A stretch of DNA of 64,000 bases from Minisyncoccota bacterium. Its GTDB lineage: Bacteria; Patescibacteriota; Minisyncoccia; Phycocordibacterales; JABAAK01. The stretch lies in assembly GCA_963668425.1 (NCBI GenBank), contig OY764332.1, positions 259,903 to 323,902 of the forward strand, read 5' to 3'. The position numbers and the translations under genes were made by a program. The notes beneath the pieces are model-generated. The model was given only the letters and a program-made list of their open reading frames with translations. It was not told the origin of the DNA and made no database searches. Shown here piece by piece: positions 54,844-63,487 of this stretch. How positions within the stretch are numbered: the stretch's first letter is position 1; each line of letters opens with the position of its first letter.

Positions 54844-55410
54844 TTATAGTAATACCGCACCTTGTCGCACCACTTTCAAAATAGCGTCACGTGCGTCCAC
54901 GACAGTGCTCGCCGGTCCGTGCAATTCTCCTGCATCAACTGCTATTGTAATGCCGTCTGGAATCTGTTCTAGTATTTCATGTATGGTGCATGCATCTTTT
55001 TCACCACTGATATTTGCGCTGGTTGCAGTAATCGGTCCGTACGTGGCGGCAAGTGTGCGGCAAAAATTACTATCAGGAATACGCACGCCAATTGTCTCTC
55101 CTGCATCTTTTTTGCTTTTTAGTATGATGGTTAGTTTGCCCGGCAGGTACTTGGATAGTGATTTTGCGGTGTTGGTGAGGTGTGCGTATTGACTGACTTG
55201 ATTTAGGTCGGAAAAAATGTATGATATTTTTTTCTCTGATGATCGTTTTTTGAGTGCAAATAGTTTTTTTATGGCATCTGCCTGCTTTGGATCTGCTCCG
55301 AGTGCGTAGAGTGTGTCAGTTGGGTATACAATCACCTCGCCTTTTGCAAGCACTTTGCACACTTTTTCAATCGGTGTATTTTTTTCGGTATAGACATTCG
55401 GCTTACTCAT
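54844..55410 (-). CDS. tsaC: L-threonylcarbamoyladenylate synthase (TsaC/YrdC family)
   Basis: YrdC motifs VYPTDTLYALGAD, IKKLFALKKRS, RIPD, TSANISGE. Confidence 0.7.
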   Translation of the reverse strand: MSKPNVYTEKNTPIEKVCKVLAKGEVIVYPTDTLYALGADPKQADAIKKLFALKKRSSEKKISYIFSDLNQVSQYAHLTNTAKSLSKYLPGKLTIILKSKKDAGETIGVRIPDSNFCRTLAATYGPITATSANISGEKDACTIHEILEQIPDGITIAVDAGELHGPASTVVDARDAILKVVRQGAVLL

Positions 55411-55417
55411 AGTAACA

Positions 55418-55975
55418 TCACACGTCGCCTTCAGTGATTTCTGTGAGTGGCTTTCTTGGTGTTCGCTCTTCTGCTTCGCTCGCCTGTTGTGTTGGTTTGC
55501 CCACTGCTATTGCAGCAAAGATTTCGTACTCATTTTTCTTGATACCTAGCACTTCATATGCCTGCTCTTCATTAAAGCCACCCATTGCATGCGCATTCAG
55601 TCCGATCAGATGTGCTTGTAGCGCAAGTGCCATCCATGCGGACCCTGTGTCAAATGCATAGTGGCGATTTTGTTCACCGGTTTCGCTTAGTGTTCGTTTT
55701 GCTGCGAGGAAAAAAAGTGCTCCTGCGTTTTTTGCCCACTTTTGATTCCCTTCAGCGAGTAAGGTGAGATAGTTTTCTCGTTGCGCTTCTGTTTTTGGGT
55801 AGTAAAATTTCCATGGCTGCTCATTGTAACTGGAGGATGTCCATCGCGCTGCTTCAATGAGTATGTTTATTTGCTCTTGTGTGAGTGGTGCACCATCAAG
55901 GTCGCGACTGCTCCATCGCTCAATAAATTGCTGTGCGACACCTTTTGTGTTTGTTTTTCTCATTACTTTCAGCAT
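55418..55975 (-). CDS. Nitroreductase-family protein
   Basis: N-terminal RWSSRDL..., NEQPW(K/R)F and the general fold signature of the NfsB/NfnB-like family. Confidence 0.7.
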   Translation of the reverse strand: MLKVMRKTNTKGVAQQFIERWSSRDLDGAPLTQEQINILIEAARWTSSSYNEQPWKFYYPKTEAQRENYLTLLAEGNQKWAKNAGALFFLAAKRTLSETGEQNRHYAFDTGSAWMALALQAHLIGLNAHAMGGFNEEQAYEVLGIKKNEYEIFAAIAVGKPTQQASEAEERTPRKPLTEITEGDV

Positions 55976-55984
55976 ATCAGATTT

Positions 55985-56085
55985 TTGTTTCTGTGAAACA
56001 GTGTGGCAATTTTATCCTTTAATAGCAAGAAAAAATTTTCTGTGAAACGTGTGAAACAGTGTTTCACGTGTTTCACAGAGCCATC
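55985..56085. promoter_or_regulatory. Cluster of GTGAAAC/GTTTCAC heptads (ctgtgaaacgtgtgaaacagtgtttcacgtgtttcacag) in the nitroreductase promoter region
   Basis: Same heptad unit as the 48078..48560 array. Overlaps the last codons of pgk. Confidence 0.5.
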
Positions 56086-57245
56086 TGTTTGGCAGTGGAT
56101 GGCTCTGGTTGTTTGATTTTCTTTTTGAATGCTTCAATAACAGGCAATGTTCCTTCCGCTAGATACGTGAGTAGTGAGCCACCACCGGTTGAAACGAACT
56201 TCCAATTGTTCAGAAGGTCTCGCTGCTCCAATAGTGCAACTGTTTCACCGCCACCTACAAATGAATACGTTTGTGTATTGGCAACTAATTCCGAGAGTAT
56301 TGCAGTTTGCGCACAAAACCCTTTTTCACACCAGCCGAGTGGTCCGTTTAGCAACATTGTTTTTGCGTCCTCAATATGATGTTGTATTGCTTTGAGTGTT
56401 TTATCACCAACATCAACAATTACTTCATCAGATTCAATTTCTTGTACTGGTATTGTTCTTACTTTTGAAAAATCTTTTTTGGCAACTATGACATCGTATG
56501 GGGTTATGATATTTCTACTCTCCAGAATGTTTTTTGTGATAGGCGTGTCATCCACTTTTGATGCACCGATGTGAAAACCTCGTTGTTTGAGAATGGAGTT
56601 GGCAATTACACCACCAACAAATATCACCTTGTATGTATTCAGTAGATTTTCAATGAGTGGTATTTTTGTGTTGCATTTTGCACCACTGACAATAGCAATT
56701 GCCGGCTTTTCCAGTCGTTCAGTTAGGCGAAGAACTGCTGTTACCTCTTCGTAGAATAGAATACCTGCATATGACGGTAGTGCATTGATGAGTCCAACGG
56801 TTGATGCATGCTCTCGGTGTGCTGCAGAAAAGTCATCAAAAACAAACATGTCGGTTTGTGCCATAATCTCTTCAACAAAAAGATCATCGTTTTCCATCTC
56901 TCTCGGATCAATTCTGGTATTTTCAAGTAATACCGCCTTGCCTGGTTGTAGATTTTTTCGTGCGGCATACGGCACTTCGCCGACTATGTGTGGAATAAAT
57001 GAAAGTGGTGTCAGTTTGTTTAGTGCTTGATGTACTGCTGTGAGTGACTCTTGGTTTCTTCCGAGATGTCCGATTACTGTTATTCGTACCCCTTTTTGTT
57101 TGAGAAATTCAATTGTCCGTGCGGTTTGTTGTAGGCGAAATATTCCGGCAACCTCACCGTCTTGTATTGGTACATTGAGACAGGCGCGTAGCAGGACTCG
57201 AGTGCCATGTGGAATGTGTGTCTGATGTATTGATGAAAACAGCAT
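56073..57245 (-). CDS. pgk: Phosphoglycerate kinase (start at the internal Met, which abuts the tpiA stop)
   Basis: PGK N-terminal RVLLRACLNVP and C-terminal GGGSLLTYLAEG. A start at 57245 leaves a 1-nt gap after tpiA. Confidence 0.85.
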   Translation of the reverse strand: MLFSSIHQTHIPHGTRVLLRACLNVPIQDGEVAGIFRLQQTARTIEFLKQKGVRITVIGHLGRNQESLTAVHQALNKLTPLSFIPHIVGEVPYAARKNLQPGKAVLLENTRIDPREMENDDLFVEEIMAQTDMFVFDDFSAAHREHASTVGLINALPSYAGILFYEEVTAVLRLTERLEKPAIAIVSGAKCNTKIPLIENLLNTYKVIFVGGVIANSILKQRGFHIGASKVDDTPITKNILESRNIITPYDVIVAKKDFSKVRTIPVQEIESDEVIVDVGDKTLKAIQHHIEDAKTMLLNGPLGWCEKGFCAQTAILSELVANTQTYSFVGGGETVALLEQRDLLNNWKFVSTGGGSLLTYLAEGTLPVIEAFKKKIKQPEPSTAKQMAL

Positions 57246-57246
57246 G

Positions 57247-57978
57247 CTATAGATATTGAAGGATTGTGTTGGCAGTGTTTGCATTTGTGCTTGCTCTCCC
57301 AAGTAGAAAGCCATTGATGTCGGCGATCTCTATTATTCCCTCGGCGTTTTCTGGATTTACTGCGCCGCCGTATATGATTGGTGTGTCTTGTAATTTGTGT
57401 TGTTGTATTGTTTCGCGTAATATTTTAACAATGTGTTTCACTTTTTCTGGGGCGAGTGCGTCTTGCGCACCGATGTGCTGTGTTGGTTCGTATGCAATGA
57501 TGATGCGTTGTTCGTTACTGAGTTTTTGTATTTCTTCTTTATTTTGTTGCAAAACCTCTTCTAACTGCTGCACAATCTCTTTGTCGTCTTTGTGCTCACT
57601 GTCACCCTGTTCACTTAGGCATAGTATTGGTATTAGATTGGATAGGAGTGCGTGGTGCACTTTGTCGGCAACCATAGCGTTTGTAACGCCGGCTGCGCGA
57701 GTTTCTGCGTGTCCGACGATGGCATACGTTGCACCTGCATCAGCTGCCTGTGCTCCTGATATATTTCCGGTTCGTGGATTGTCAGCGGCAGTGGAAATAT
57801 CCTGTATGCCGAGTGAAATATTTTTTTTATGAATTGTTTTTGCAACGACAAGAGAGTGTAGTGCGGAGGGACACACCACAACTTCTACACTGTCGGAGCC
57901 CTCTAGTGTATTTGCAAGTGTAACTGCTTCATCGTTTGAGGTTATGTAGGTTTTCCAATTATAGACAAGAACAGGTTT
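57247..57978 (-). CDS. tpiA: Triosephosphate isomerase
   Basis: Motif LVYNWKTY (NWK). Catalytic His region (AIVGHAETR), IIIAYEP, GGAVNPENA. Start likely MKPVLVYNWK. Confidence 0.8.
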   Translation of the reverse strand, partial: KPVLVYNWKTYITSNDEAVTLANTLEGSDSVEVVVCPSALHSLVVAKTIHKKNISLGIQDISTAADNPRTGNISGAQAADAGATYAIVGHAETRAAGVTNAMVADKVHHALLSNLIPILCLSEQGDSEHKDDKEIVQQLEEVLQQNKEEIQKLSNEQRIIIAYEPTQHIGAQDALAPEKVKHIVKILRETIQQHKLQDTPIIYGGAVNPENAEGIIEIADINGFLLGRASTNANTANTILQYL

Positions 57979-58060
57979 CATGCTGTTTATTGTACCATTC
58001 AGTGATATTGCCTTCGTGTTGGTTTGCAGGCGGGACAAGTTTGGGGTATAGTGTAGATAT

Positions 58061-58306
58061 ATGGCTAAGAAATGTCCGATTACTCAAAAGACCGGTTCTG
58101 TCGGAGGAGGGTATAGTAATCGCACCCGCGCAACAAAGTATAATCCGACTGGAAAGGTGCGCAAGCAGACAAATACACAGAAGAAAAAGGTTTTCGTGCC
58201 ATCACTCGGCAAGACCATTACGGTTGCACTTACTGTGAAAGGGCTTCGTATTTTAAAAAAGAAAGGAGTTGAAAAAGGTCTTCGTCAAGCGGGGGTTGTT
58301 TCATAG
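58061..58306 (+). CDS. rpmB: 50S ribosomal protein L28
   Basis: MAKKCPITQKTGSVGGGYSNRTRATKYNPTGKV... matches the L28 pattern M-x-[KR]-x-C-x-x-T-G-K...G...S-x-x...TKR. Confidence 0.7.
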   Translation: MAKKCPITQKTGSVGGGYSNRTRATKYNPTGKVRKQTNTQKKKVFVPSLGKTITVALTVKGLRILKKKGVEKGLRQAGVVS

Positions 58307-58360
58307 CTTTCATTATTGCTGTGCGGTTAGTTTTGTGGTTATGATTTTATGGTCCTATTA

Positions 58361-59041
58361 CTACCACACTATCGGTCGCTTGTTGTGCTGTTTGAGATAT
58401 TCGTTTGTTTGGCTGAAATGTTTGCAGCCGAAAAAGCCACTTGCAGCTGAATATGGAGAAGGGTGAGGTGAGGTGAGAATGAGATGTTTGTTTTTGTCTA
58501 TCAGGCCTTGTTTTTGTTTTGCAAAGTTTCCCCAAAGGAGGAAAATGAGGTTGCTTTGTTTTTCTGAGAGCAGATGTATGACATCGTTGGTAAACTGTTC
58601 CCAACCGATATTTCGGTGTGACGCTGGCTTGCGGGCTTCTACGGTGAGGATGGCGTTGAGCAAAAATACTCCTTGTGTTGCCCAGTGAGTAAGATCACCA
58701 TGTTCTGGGGGTGTGGTTCCAATGTCATTTTGTATTTCCTTGAATATGTTTTGCAGCGATGGCGGTGAACTCTTTCCTTGTGGTACGGAGAACGAAAGTC
58801 CATGCGCCTGTCCTACTCCATGGTATGGATCCTGTCCGAGTATGATAACTGCAACTTTATCAAACGGGCAGGAGTCAAAAGCATTGAAAAGATTTTTTGG
58901 TTCTGGATAAATGGTTTTACTTGGATCTTGATAGTATTGTCGCACTACATGTCGCAGGTTTTGCATATACGGTTCAGTTAATATCGGTGTCAGGTTTTCT
59001 TTCCACGACTGTTCAATTTTTATGTCTAATTTCTCGGTCAT
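58361..59041 (-). CDS. ung: Uracil-DNA glycosylase (family 1). Start likely MTEKLDIK
   Basis: Water-activating motif GQDPYHG. C-terminal HPSPYSA (the His is in the HPSPLS motif). Confidence 0.8.
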   Translation of the reverse strand: MTEKLDIKIEQSWKENLTPILTEPYMQNLRHVVRQYYQDPSKTIYPEPKNLFNAFDSCPFDKVAVIILGQDPYHGVGQAHGLSFSVPQGKSSPPSLQNIFKEIQNDIGTTPPEHGDLTHWATQGVFLLNAILTVEARKPASHRNIGWEQFTNDVIHLLSEKQSNLIFLLWGNFAKQKQGLIDKNKHLILTSPHPSPYSAASGFFGCKHFSQTNEYLKQHNKRPIVW

Positions 59042-59687
59042 TGTACATTTTTGGTAACATTGATCTTGGGTCCCACTGTTTTTGTATGTCGTCAACATTT
59101 GTGGCAGATTGATATTTCCCTTGCTGAGCATAGTCACTCTGGCGAATATCCCCTGTTTCAAAAAAGATAATTTGGGCAATGCGCCTGCCAACAATTAACG
59201 GAATGCGGTATTGTCGCGCGTTGTTCGTAATTTCCATTGTCCATCGGTTGGTATAGCCGACATCTCCCCAGCCGGCACATTTACAAACCTCAATAAAATT
59301 TCTTCCCCACGATGAACGAGCTTTCATCATCGTGGTAATGTGGTTTTTGCCACCAATAAATTCTTCAGTGTGTGCCAAGATGGTTTCTCCCGGCTCTAAT
59401 ATGATTATCAGATCATTCTCATTAATACCAACAAAATCAAACGGTTCGTTCACAAAAACTTCTTTTGCCAATTTTGCCTGCTGTGGTTCTGTTCCCCATA
59501 CGCGTTCTACATCTTTTTGATTGCAGGGGTTGTAGAGTGTATTTGTTATATTTTTTTGTTCGGAGAAATAGTACTTTCCGAGCGATACATCATAGCTTGC
59601 TGTTGAGAGATTTTCCTCTTGAAAGGGGGTGATGACAATATTGCTCCGTCCCATTTCTTCAAGGATTTTTTTATCAGATAGTGCCAT
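59013..59687 (-). CDS. dcd: dCTP deaminase family protein (dUTPase-like fold), long form
   Basis: N-terminal MALSDKKILEEM...IVITP...SYDVSLG matches the Dcd signature. Confidence 0.65.
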   Translation of the reverse strand: MALSDKKILEEMGRSNIVITPFQEENLSTASYDVSLGKYYFSEQKNITNTLYNPCNQKDVERVWGTEPQQAKLAKEVFVNEPFDFVGINENDLIIILEPGETILAHTEEFIGGKNHITTMMKARSSWGRNFIEVCKCAGWGDVGYTNRWTMEITNNARQYRIPLIVGRRIAQIIFFETGDIRQSDYAQQGKYQSATNVDDIQKQWDPRSMLPKMYNDREIRHKN

Positions 59688-59768
59688 ACTGTAGTATACA
59701 ATATGTATGATGTCGGCCTAAGTACCTGTGGTCGTTACACTGCACCACAATGCTGACATTGTTACACA

Positions 59769-59841
59769 CCACCTGTAGCTCAATTGGTAGAGCACTCGTC
59801 TTATACACGGGCGGTTCCTGGTTCGAGTCCAGGCGGGTGGA
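59769..59841 (+). tRNA. tRNA with anticodon TAT (Ile-UAU type)
   Basis: Hand fold: acceptor CCACCTG/CGGGTGG (C1-G72, one UG pair), D-arm GCTCAATTGGTAGAGC, anticodon stem CTCGT/ACGGG, loop CTTATAC, T-arm CCTGG-TTCGAGT-CCAGG. Confidence 0.7.
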
Positions 59842-59900
59842 CTATGTACTGACGCCCTTCCGTCAGTGTTTTGTTTATTAGAGACAACTCTGATGGTGGA

Positions 59901-60296
59901 TTATAGAATATCGGCATATTCAGGATGGTTTTTCTTGACAACACTTTTCCATTGCGTAGTTTCATTGCCAGAGCCAGCAAGGTCTGTCTTGTTGTATACG
60001 AGTAACACTTGTACCTCTTTTTTTTCAGTGTGTACTGCAACTATACACCGATTGCCCGATCCACCTTTTGATTGATTTGTTCCCGCAATACGGAATTTTG
60101 TTTTGCATATTTTAATACCTCTCTTCTCAATAATAGTTTCCGCAGTATTTTCTTCAAAAAGGAGATCAAAAAACTCAAACTCCCTTTGCAGGGCAACTAG
60201 CGTAATATCCCATCCTCTTTTGTATTTTTTTCTAAAGCGTTTTATGTAATGTCGTTCCGTGAAGGGGTGTATATAAACAGTGTATTTAATAGACAT
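59901..60296 (-). CDS. Small basic protein (about 131 aa from MSIKYTVYIHPF), candidate toxin partner of the upstream HTH-Panacea protein
   Basis: Translationally coupled (about 11-nt overlap) to 60286..60996. Motif GNRCIVAVHTEKKEVQVLLVYNKTD is vaguely RelE/HigB-like, but no confident family assignment. Confidence 0.4.
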   Translation of the reverse strand: MSIKYTVYIHPFTERHYIKRFRKKYKRGWDITLVALQREFEFFDLLFEENTAETIIEKRGIKICKTKFRIAGTNQSKGGSGNRCIVAVHTEKKEVQVLLVYNKTDLAGSGNETTQWKSVVKKNHPEYADIL

Positions 60297-60996
60297 ATTC
60301 TGGATCTTCCTGGGTGATGAGTTCGTATGATATATGTGCCCCTTCTTCACAAAACTTATACGGCATTTGGTTGTGCGTAAAGTCAACGATTTCTCGTGTG
60401 TTTTTATTTTTCCATTTTTTTGCTATCTTCGCAATGAATGTCTTTTCTTCTGCTGAAAGCAGGTCGGTTGGCTCATCAGCCCCTTTTCTTGTTTGAGATA
60501 TAAGCATTGCCCCTTCTTCCGTCTGCCGTATATCCAACTTTTTTTGTTCGTATAGGTCATCAATGATACGAAAATATGCATCAGGAACAGGACCATATTG
60601 TATTTTTCGGTACTGCATATCACTCATACTTTTCAGATGTTCGTAGTACCAACCGAAGTCGGCAAGATAGAGAAGTTTTGCAAGTTTTGTTTTTGGCACC
60701 TTTTTGCTTTTTGAAATATCGTTCCGTAGAAATGTAAACAGCATTTGCTTGTACTTCTCAAAGTTCTGCATAGGTTCACCAAGAAAGGTGCTGGCTTGTA
60801 TACCAAGGATATCAGCTAACTTTTTTGCCTCTGCTATGCATAATTCTCGTACACCCTTCTCAAGGGCGATATATGAGGCGCGAGAAATACCTAACTTGTC
60901 GGCAACTTGTTGTTGCGTGAGTTTTTTTTGTTTCCGTAGGTTATTTATAATTGGGCCGTTTGTTTTGTCTTTTTTGTTGCGCATAGTGTATGTCAT
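60286..60996 (-). CDS. HTH (XRE-type) plus Panacea/DUF4065 domain protein (PanA/SocA-like antitoxin architecture)
   Basis: N-terminal Cro/C1 HTH (LRKQKKLTQQQVADKLGISRASYIALEKG). C-terminal KLLYLADFGWY...YGPV block typical of DUF4065. Confidence 0.6.
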   Translation of the reverse strand: MTYTMRNKKDKTNGPIINNLRKQKKLTQQQVADKLGISRASYIALEKGVRELCIAEAKKLADILGIQASTFLGEPMQNFEKYKQMLFTFLRNDISKSKKVPKTKLAKLLYLADFGWYYEHLKSMSDMQYRKIQYGPVPDAYFRIIDDLYEQKKLDIRQTEEGAMLISQTRKGADEPTDLLSAEEKTFIAKIAKKWKNKNTREIVDFTHNQMPYKFCEEGAHISYELITQEDPEYVY

Positions 60997-61091
60997 TCTG
61001 CACTTTTCGGTACAAGAATGATACGAGTATCTTTATTGTACCGAACTTTTAAAATAATGTCAATAAAATTATACACACTCTGTCAAAGATA

Positions 61092-61120
61092 TTGACATCT
61101 AAACCCCAGAATGTTATAAT
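61092..61120 (+). promoter_or_regulatory. Sigma70-like promoter (TTGACA-17-TATAAT) for the 61130 gene; divergent from the HTH-Panacea operon
   Basis: ttgacatctaaaccccagaatgttataat. Upstream direct repeats tgtcaa...tgtcaa may be an operator. Confidence 0.45.
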
Positions 61121-61129
61121 GATGGAGTT

Positions 61130-61582
61130 ATGATTGAAAGAAGTTCATCAACAAATAAAAACACCTTCAAAAAACAGTGGTCTGATTTTTCCCAGGCAGC
61201 GTTTGCGCCAGAAACTGTCTTCTTTGCCGCAATAACACTGTTCTGTCTCCTAACATCCCTTCTCCCATTTGATTCTTCAACTGGTTCTCTGGCGACGTCT
61301 ATTTCCCCCGTTTTGAGAGTGTTGTCTGTTGCCCTTTCCGGTTTCACTGTTGCGGCATTTCAGAAGAACAATAATTCTGTTATAAGCAAGGAGAGTGTTC
61401 TTGGTGATGGCAGAACTGTTATGAGGCGTATTGTAGCTCTGGAATCGGATGTTGATAATCTGTTAGTATTAGCATCTAACAAAAAAGTTAATAAGCAGGA
61501 GCTGGCCAGGCATATCGAATCTTTTCCACGACATATAAAACTAATGAAGGATGATTTATTTGATCTTTTTCTTAGCGACTAG
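61130..61582 (+). CDS. Hypothetical membrane protein (150 aa)
   Basis: ORF with two TM helices, immediately after a good promoter. Confidence 0.35.
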   Translation: MIERSSSTNKNTFKKQWSDFSQAAFAPETVFFAAITLFCLLTSLLPFDSSTGSLATSISPVLRVLSVALSGFTVAAFQKNNNSVISKESVLGDGRTVMRRIVALESDVDNLLVLASNKKVNKQELARHIESFPRHIKLMKDDLFDLFLSD

Positions 61583-61721
61583 TCATGGGAAATGTATGTT
61601 GATCTGTGGGAGGTGTTTTGCTGGTGTACGGGGTGGAATTAAAACTACCGATAGGGTATTATTCTGGTCAGCAGCAGGATCTTCGTCTTTCTTTGATGAG
61701 AAATTGATTATTTGATGTGAG

Positions 61722-62147
61722 TTGTGTTGTGCATTATGTTTTAGTTTTTTATTGGCATACTGTATTTATATGTATATTAGGAAAAATATTGGGGAGGTGG
61801 TGAAGGTGGGACTTATTCCAGCACTTATTGCTTCGTTGTGTTGTTTGTCTCCGGTCTTGCTTGTTTCGCTTGGTGTGGTTTCGGTTAGTGTTGCTGGTGA
61901 TCTTACTGATGTGCTTTATGGAGAGCACAAATGGTTGTTTCGTGCTGCCGGGCTTGTTGCCCTTACTGTTTTTACTGTTTCGTATCTTAAAAGAAAGAAA
62001 AAGATTTGTACACTGAATGATGTGCATAGACGAAGAAATGAGATTATCAACACTGTGTTTCTTATACTCATCGTTAGTATTGTGCTTTATATTATCTTTT
62101 TGTATGGCGTTGTTGAATTAATTGGGTTGGGGTTGGGTATTTGGTAG
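61722..62147 (+). CDS. Hypothetical integral membrane protein (141 aa, 3-4 TM)
   Basis: ORF, strongly hydrophobic. Confidence 0.35.
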   Translation: MCCALCFSFLLAYCIYMYIRKNIGEVVKVGLIPALIASLCCLSPVLLVSLGVVSVSVAGDLTDVLYGEHKWLFRAAGLVALTVFTVSYLKRKKKICTLNDVHRRRNEIINTVFLILIVSIVLYIIFLYGVVELIGLGLGIW

Positions 62148-62241
62148 GGAATTTCTACGCATTAATAGAGTCAGTGTTTTGTAACACTGTTTCTGAAGTT
62201 GTTGTGATTGTATTTTTAGTGAGGGTTTTAATCCTTCTTAC

Positions 62242-62589
62242 TTATTGTGAGAGTTCACGGAGAGTTGTTTCTAGGTCTTCTACTGTTTTGAGACAGAAAC
62301 GATAAATATCTGCAAACAGTTCTTGGTTTTGGGATAATTCTTCTATATCAAGTTTTGGACTGCCTGTTATTTTTTTAATACACTCTCTTACCTCTGTTAC
62401 GTCGGTTACTGGTTCATAGGTGTGTTCAATTCTTTTTGGTTGTATGAATATAATGATTGCCACAATGACAATGATGCCCCCCGCTATTGCTATGCTTGTT
62501 GTTTTATTCTTATTCATTGCTGTAAGTATACAACACCGTTTTGGTGAGATGTGTTGTTTTGTGCTCTTGCGGTGTATAATTAGGAGCAA
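62242..62589 (-). CDS. Hypothetical membrane-anchored protein (115 aa)
   Basis: ORF with one TM helix. Confidence 0.3.
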   Translation of the reverse strand: MLLIIHRKSTKQHISPKRCCILTAMNKNKTTSIAIAGGIIVIVAIIIFIQPKRIEHTYEPVTDVTEVRECIKKITGSPKLDIEELSQNQELFADIYRFCLKTVEDLETTLRELSQ

Positions 62590-62590
62590 T

Positions 62591-62663
62591 GGTGCCTATG
62601 GTGTAATGGTTAGCACTTGGGCTTGTGGAGCCCACAGCGAGGGTTCGAATCCCTCTAGGCACC
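62591..62663 (+). tRNA. tRNA-His(GTG) with encoded G-1
   Basis: Hand fold: extra 5' G, acceptor GTGCCTA/TAGGCAC, anticodon stem TGGGC/GCCCA, loop TTGTGGA, T-arm GAGGG-TTCGAAT-CCCTC. Confidence 0.85.
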
Positions 62664-62923
62664 CCTATACTTACCTACCTGTTATTCCTGTCTTTGCATT
62701 TACTGTACATGTATATGTGATTTTTATTGTGCTGTGTGCTGTTGTGGAGATGATAAAAAATATTTTTCATGGTCTGGCACATTACCACAAAGCGTTGACA
62801 AAACTGTGTTTTGATGTATAGTTTTTGTCAAGATTGTGGATACTGTAAAAATACTTATACTGCCCTGTGATGGTGTGTGGTTTGTGAGTTATTACTAACT
62901 ACTATTTTAACTTACAAATTATT

Positions 62924-63283
62924 ATGACTACAACACAAAGAAAAGGACGACTGGTGATATTGTTTGTCATTTGTACTCTTGCCTGCATAACTCTCTTATG
63001 TATTACTACTTTTGTTGATGGTACTGTTCTGGCAACAACCTACTCTCCTGACCAGATGCATACTGGTCGCAGTTGGCAAATAGCACAGGTGGATGATGTG
63101 TTTGCTAACACGGTTTTGGTAGAGGATTCAATGGCGTATGTGCCGATTACTACAGGTGTCCAATGGTCAGGTGATTCACCTGACGTGGAAGCACAACACA
63201 CCGAATTTGGAGTTGTGTTGATACCTTATAAGTTGCACCCCCTACATTCTGGTCGCACCTTACAATTTGCACATATACGTTAA
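62924..63283 (+). CDS. Hypothetical secreted/membrane protein (119 aa)
   Basis: ORF with an N-terminal signal/TM segment. Confidence 0.3.
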   Translation: MTTTQRKGRLVILFVICTLACITLLCITTFVDGTVLATTYSPDQMHTGRSWQIAQVDDVFANTVLVEDSMAYVPITTGVQWSGDSPDVEAQHTEFGVVLIPYKLHPLHSGRTLQFAHIR

Positions 63284-63487
63284 TCTGTTGTGGAAACACA
63301 ACACATTACAATAGGGGTGGTATTGCTATTGAGTTTACACCTATTCTGTAGACAGCGGTCGTGATTGGAATGTATCACATTTTAATTATTGATTGCTATA
63401 CGACATAGAAATACTCGCGCATTTGTTTTGCGCGAGTATTTCTATTTTGTGTGTGAGGTGTTGTTTGCATGATATACTTCCATAGGT

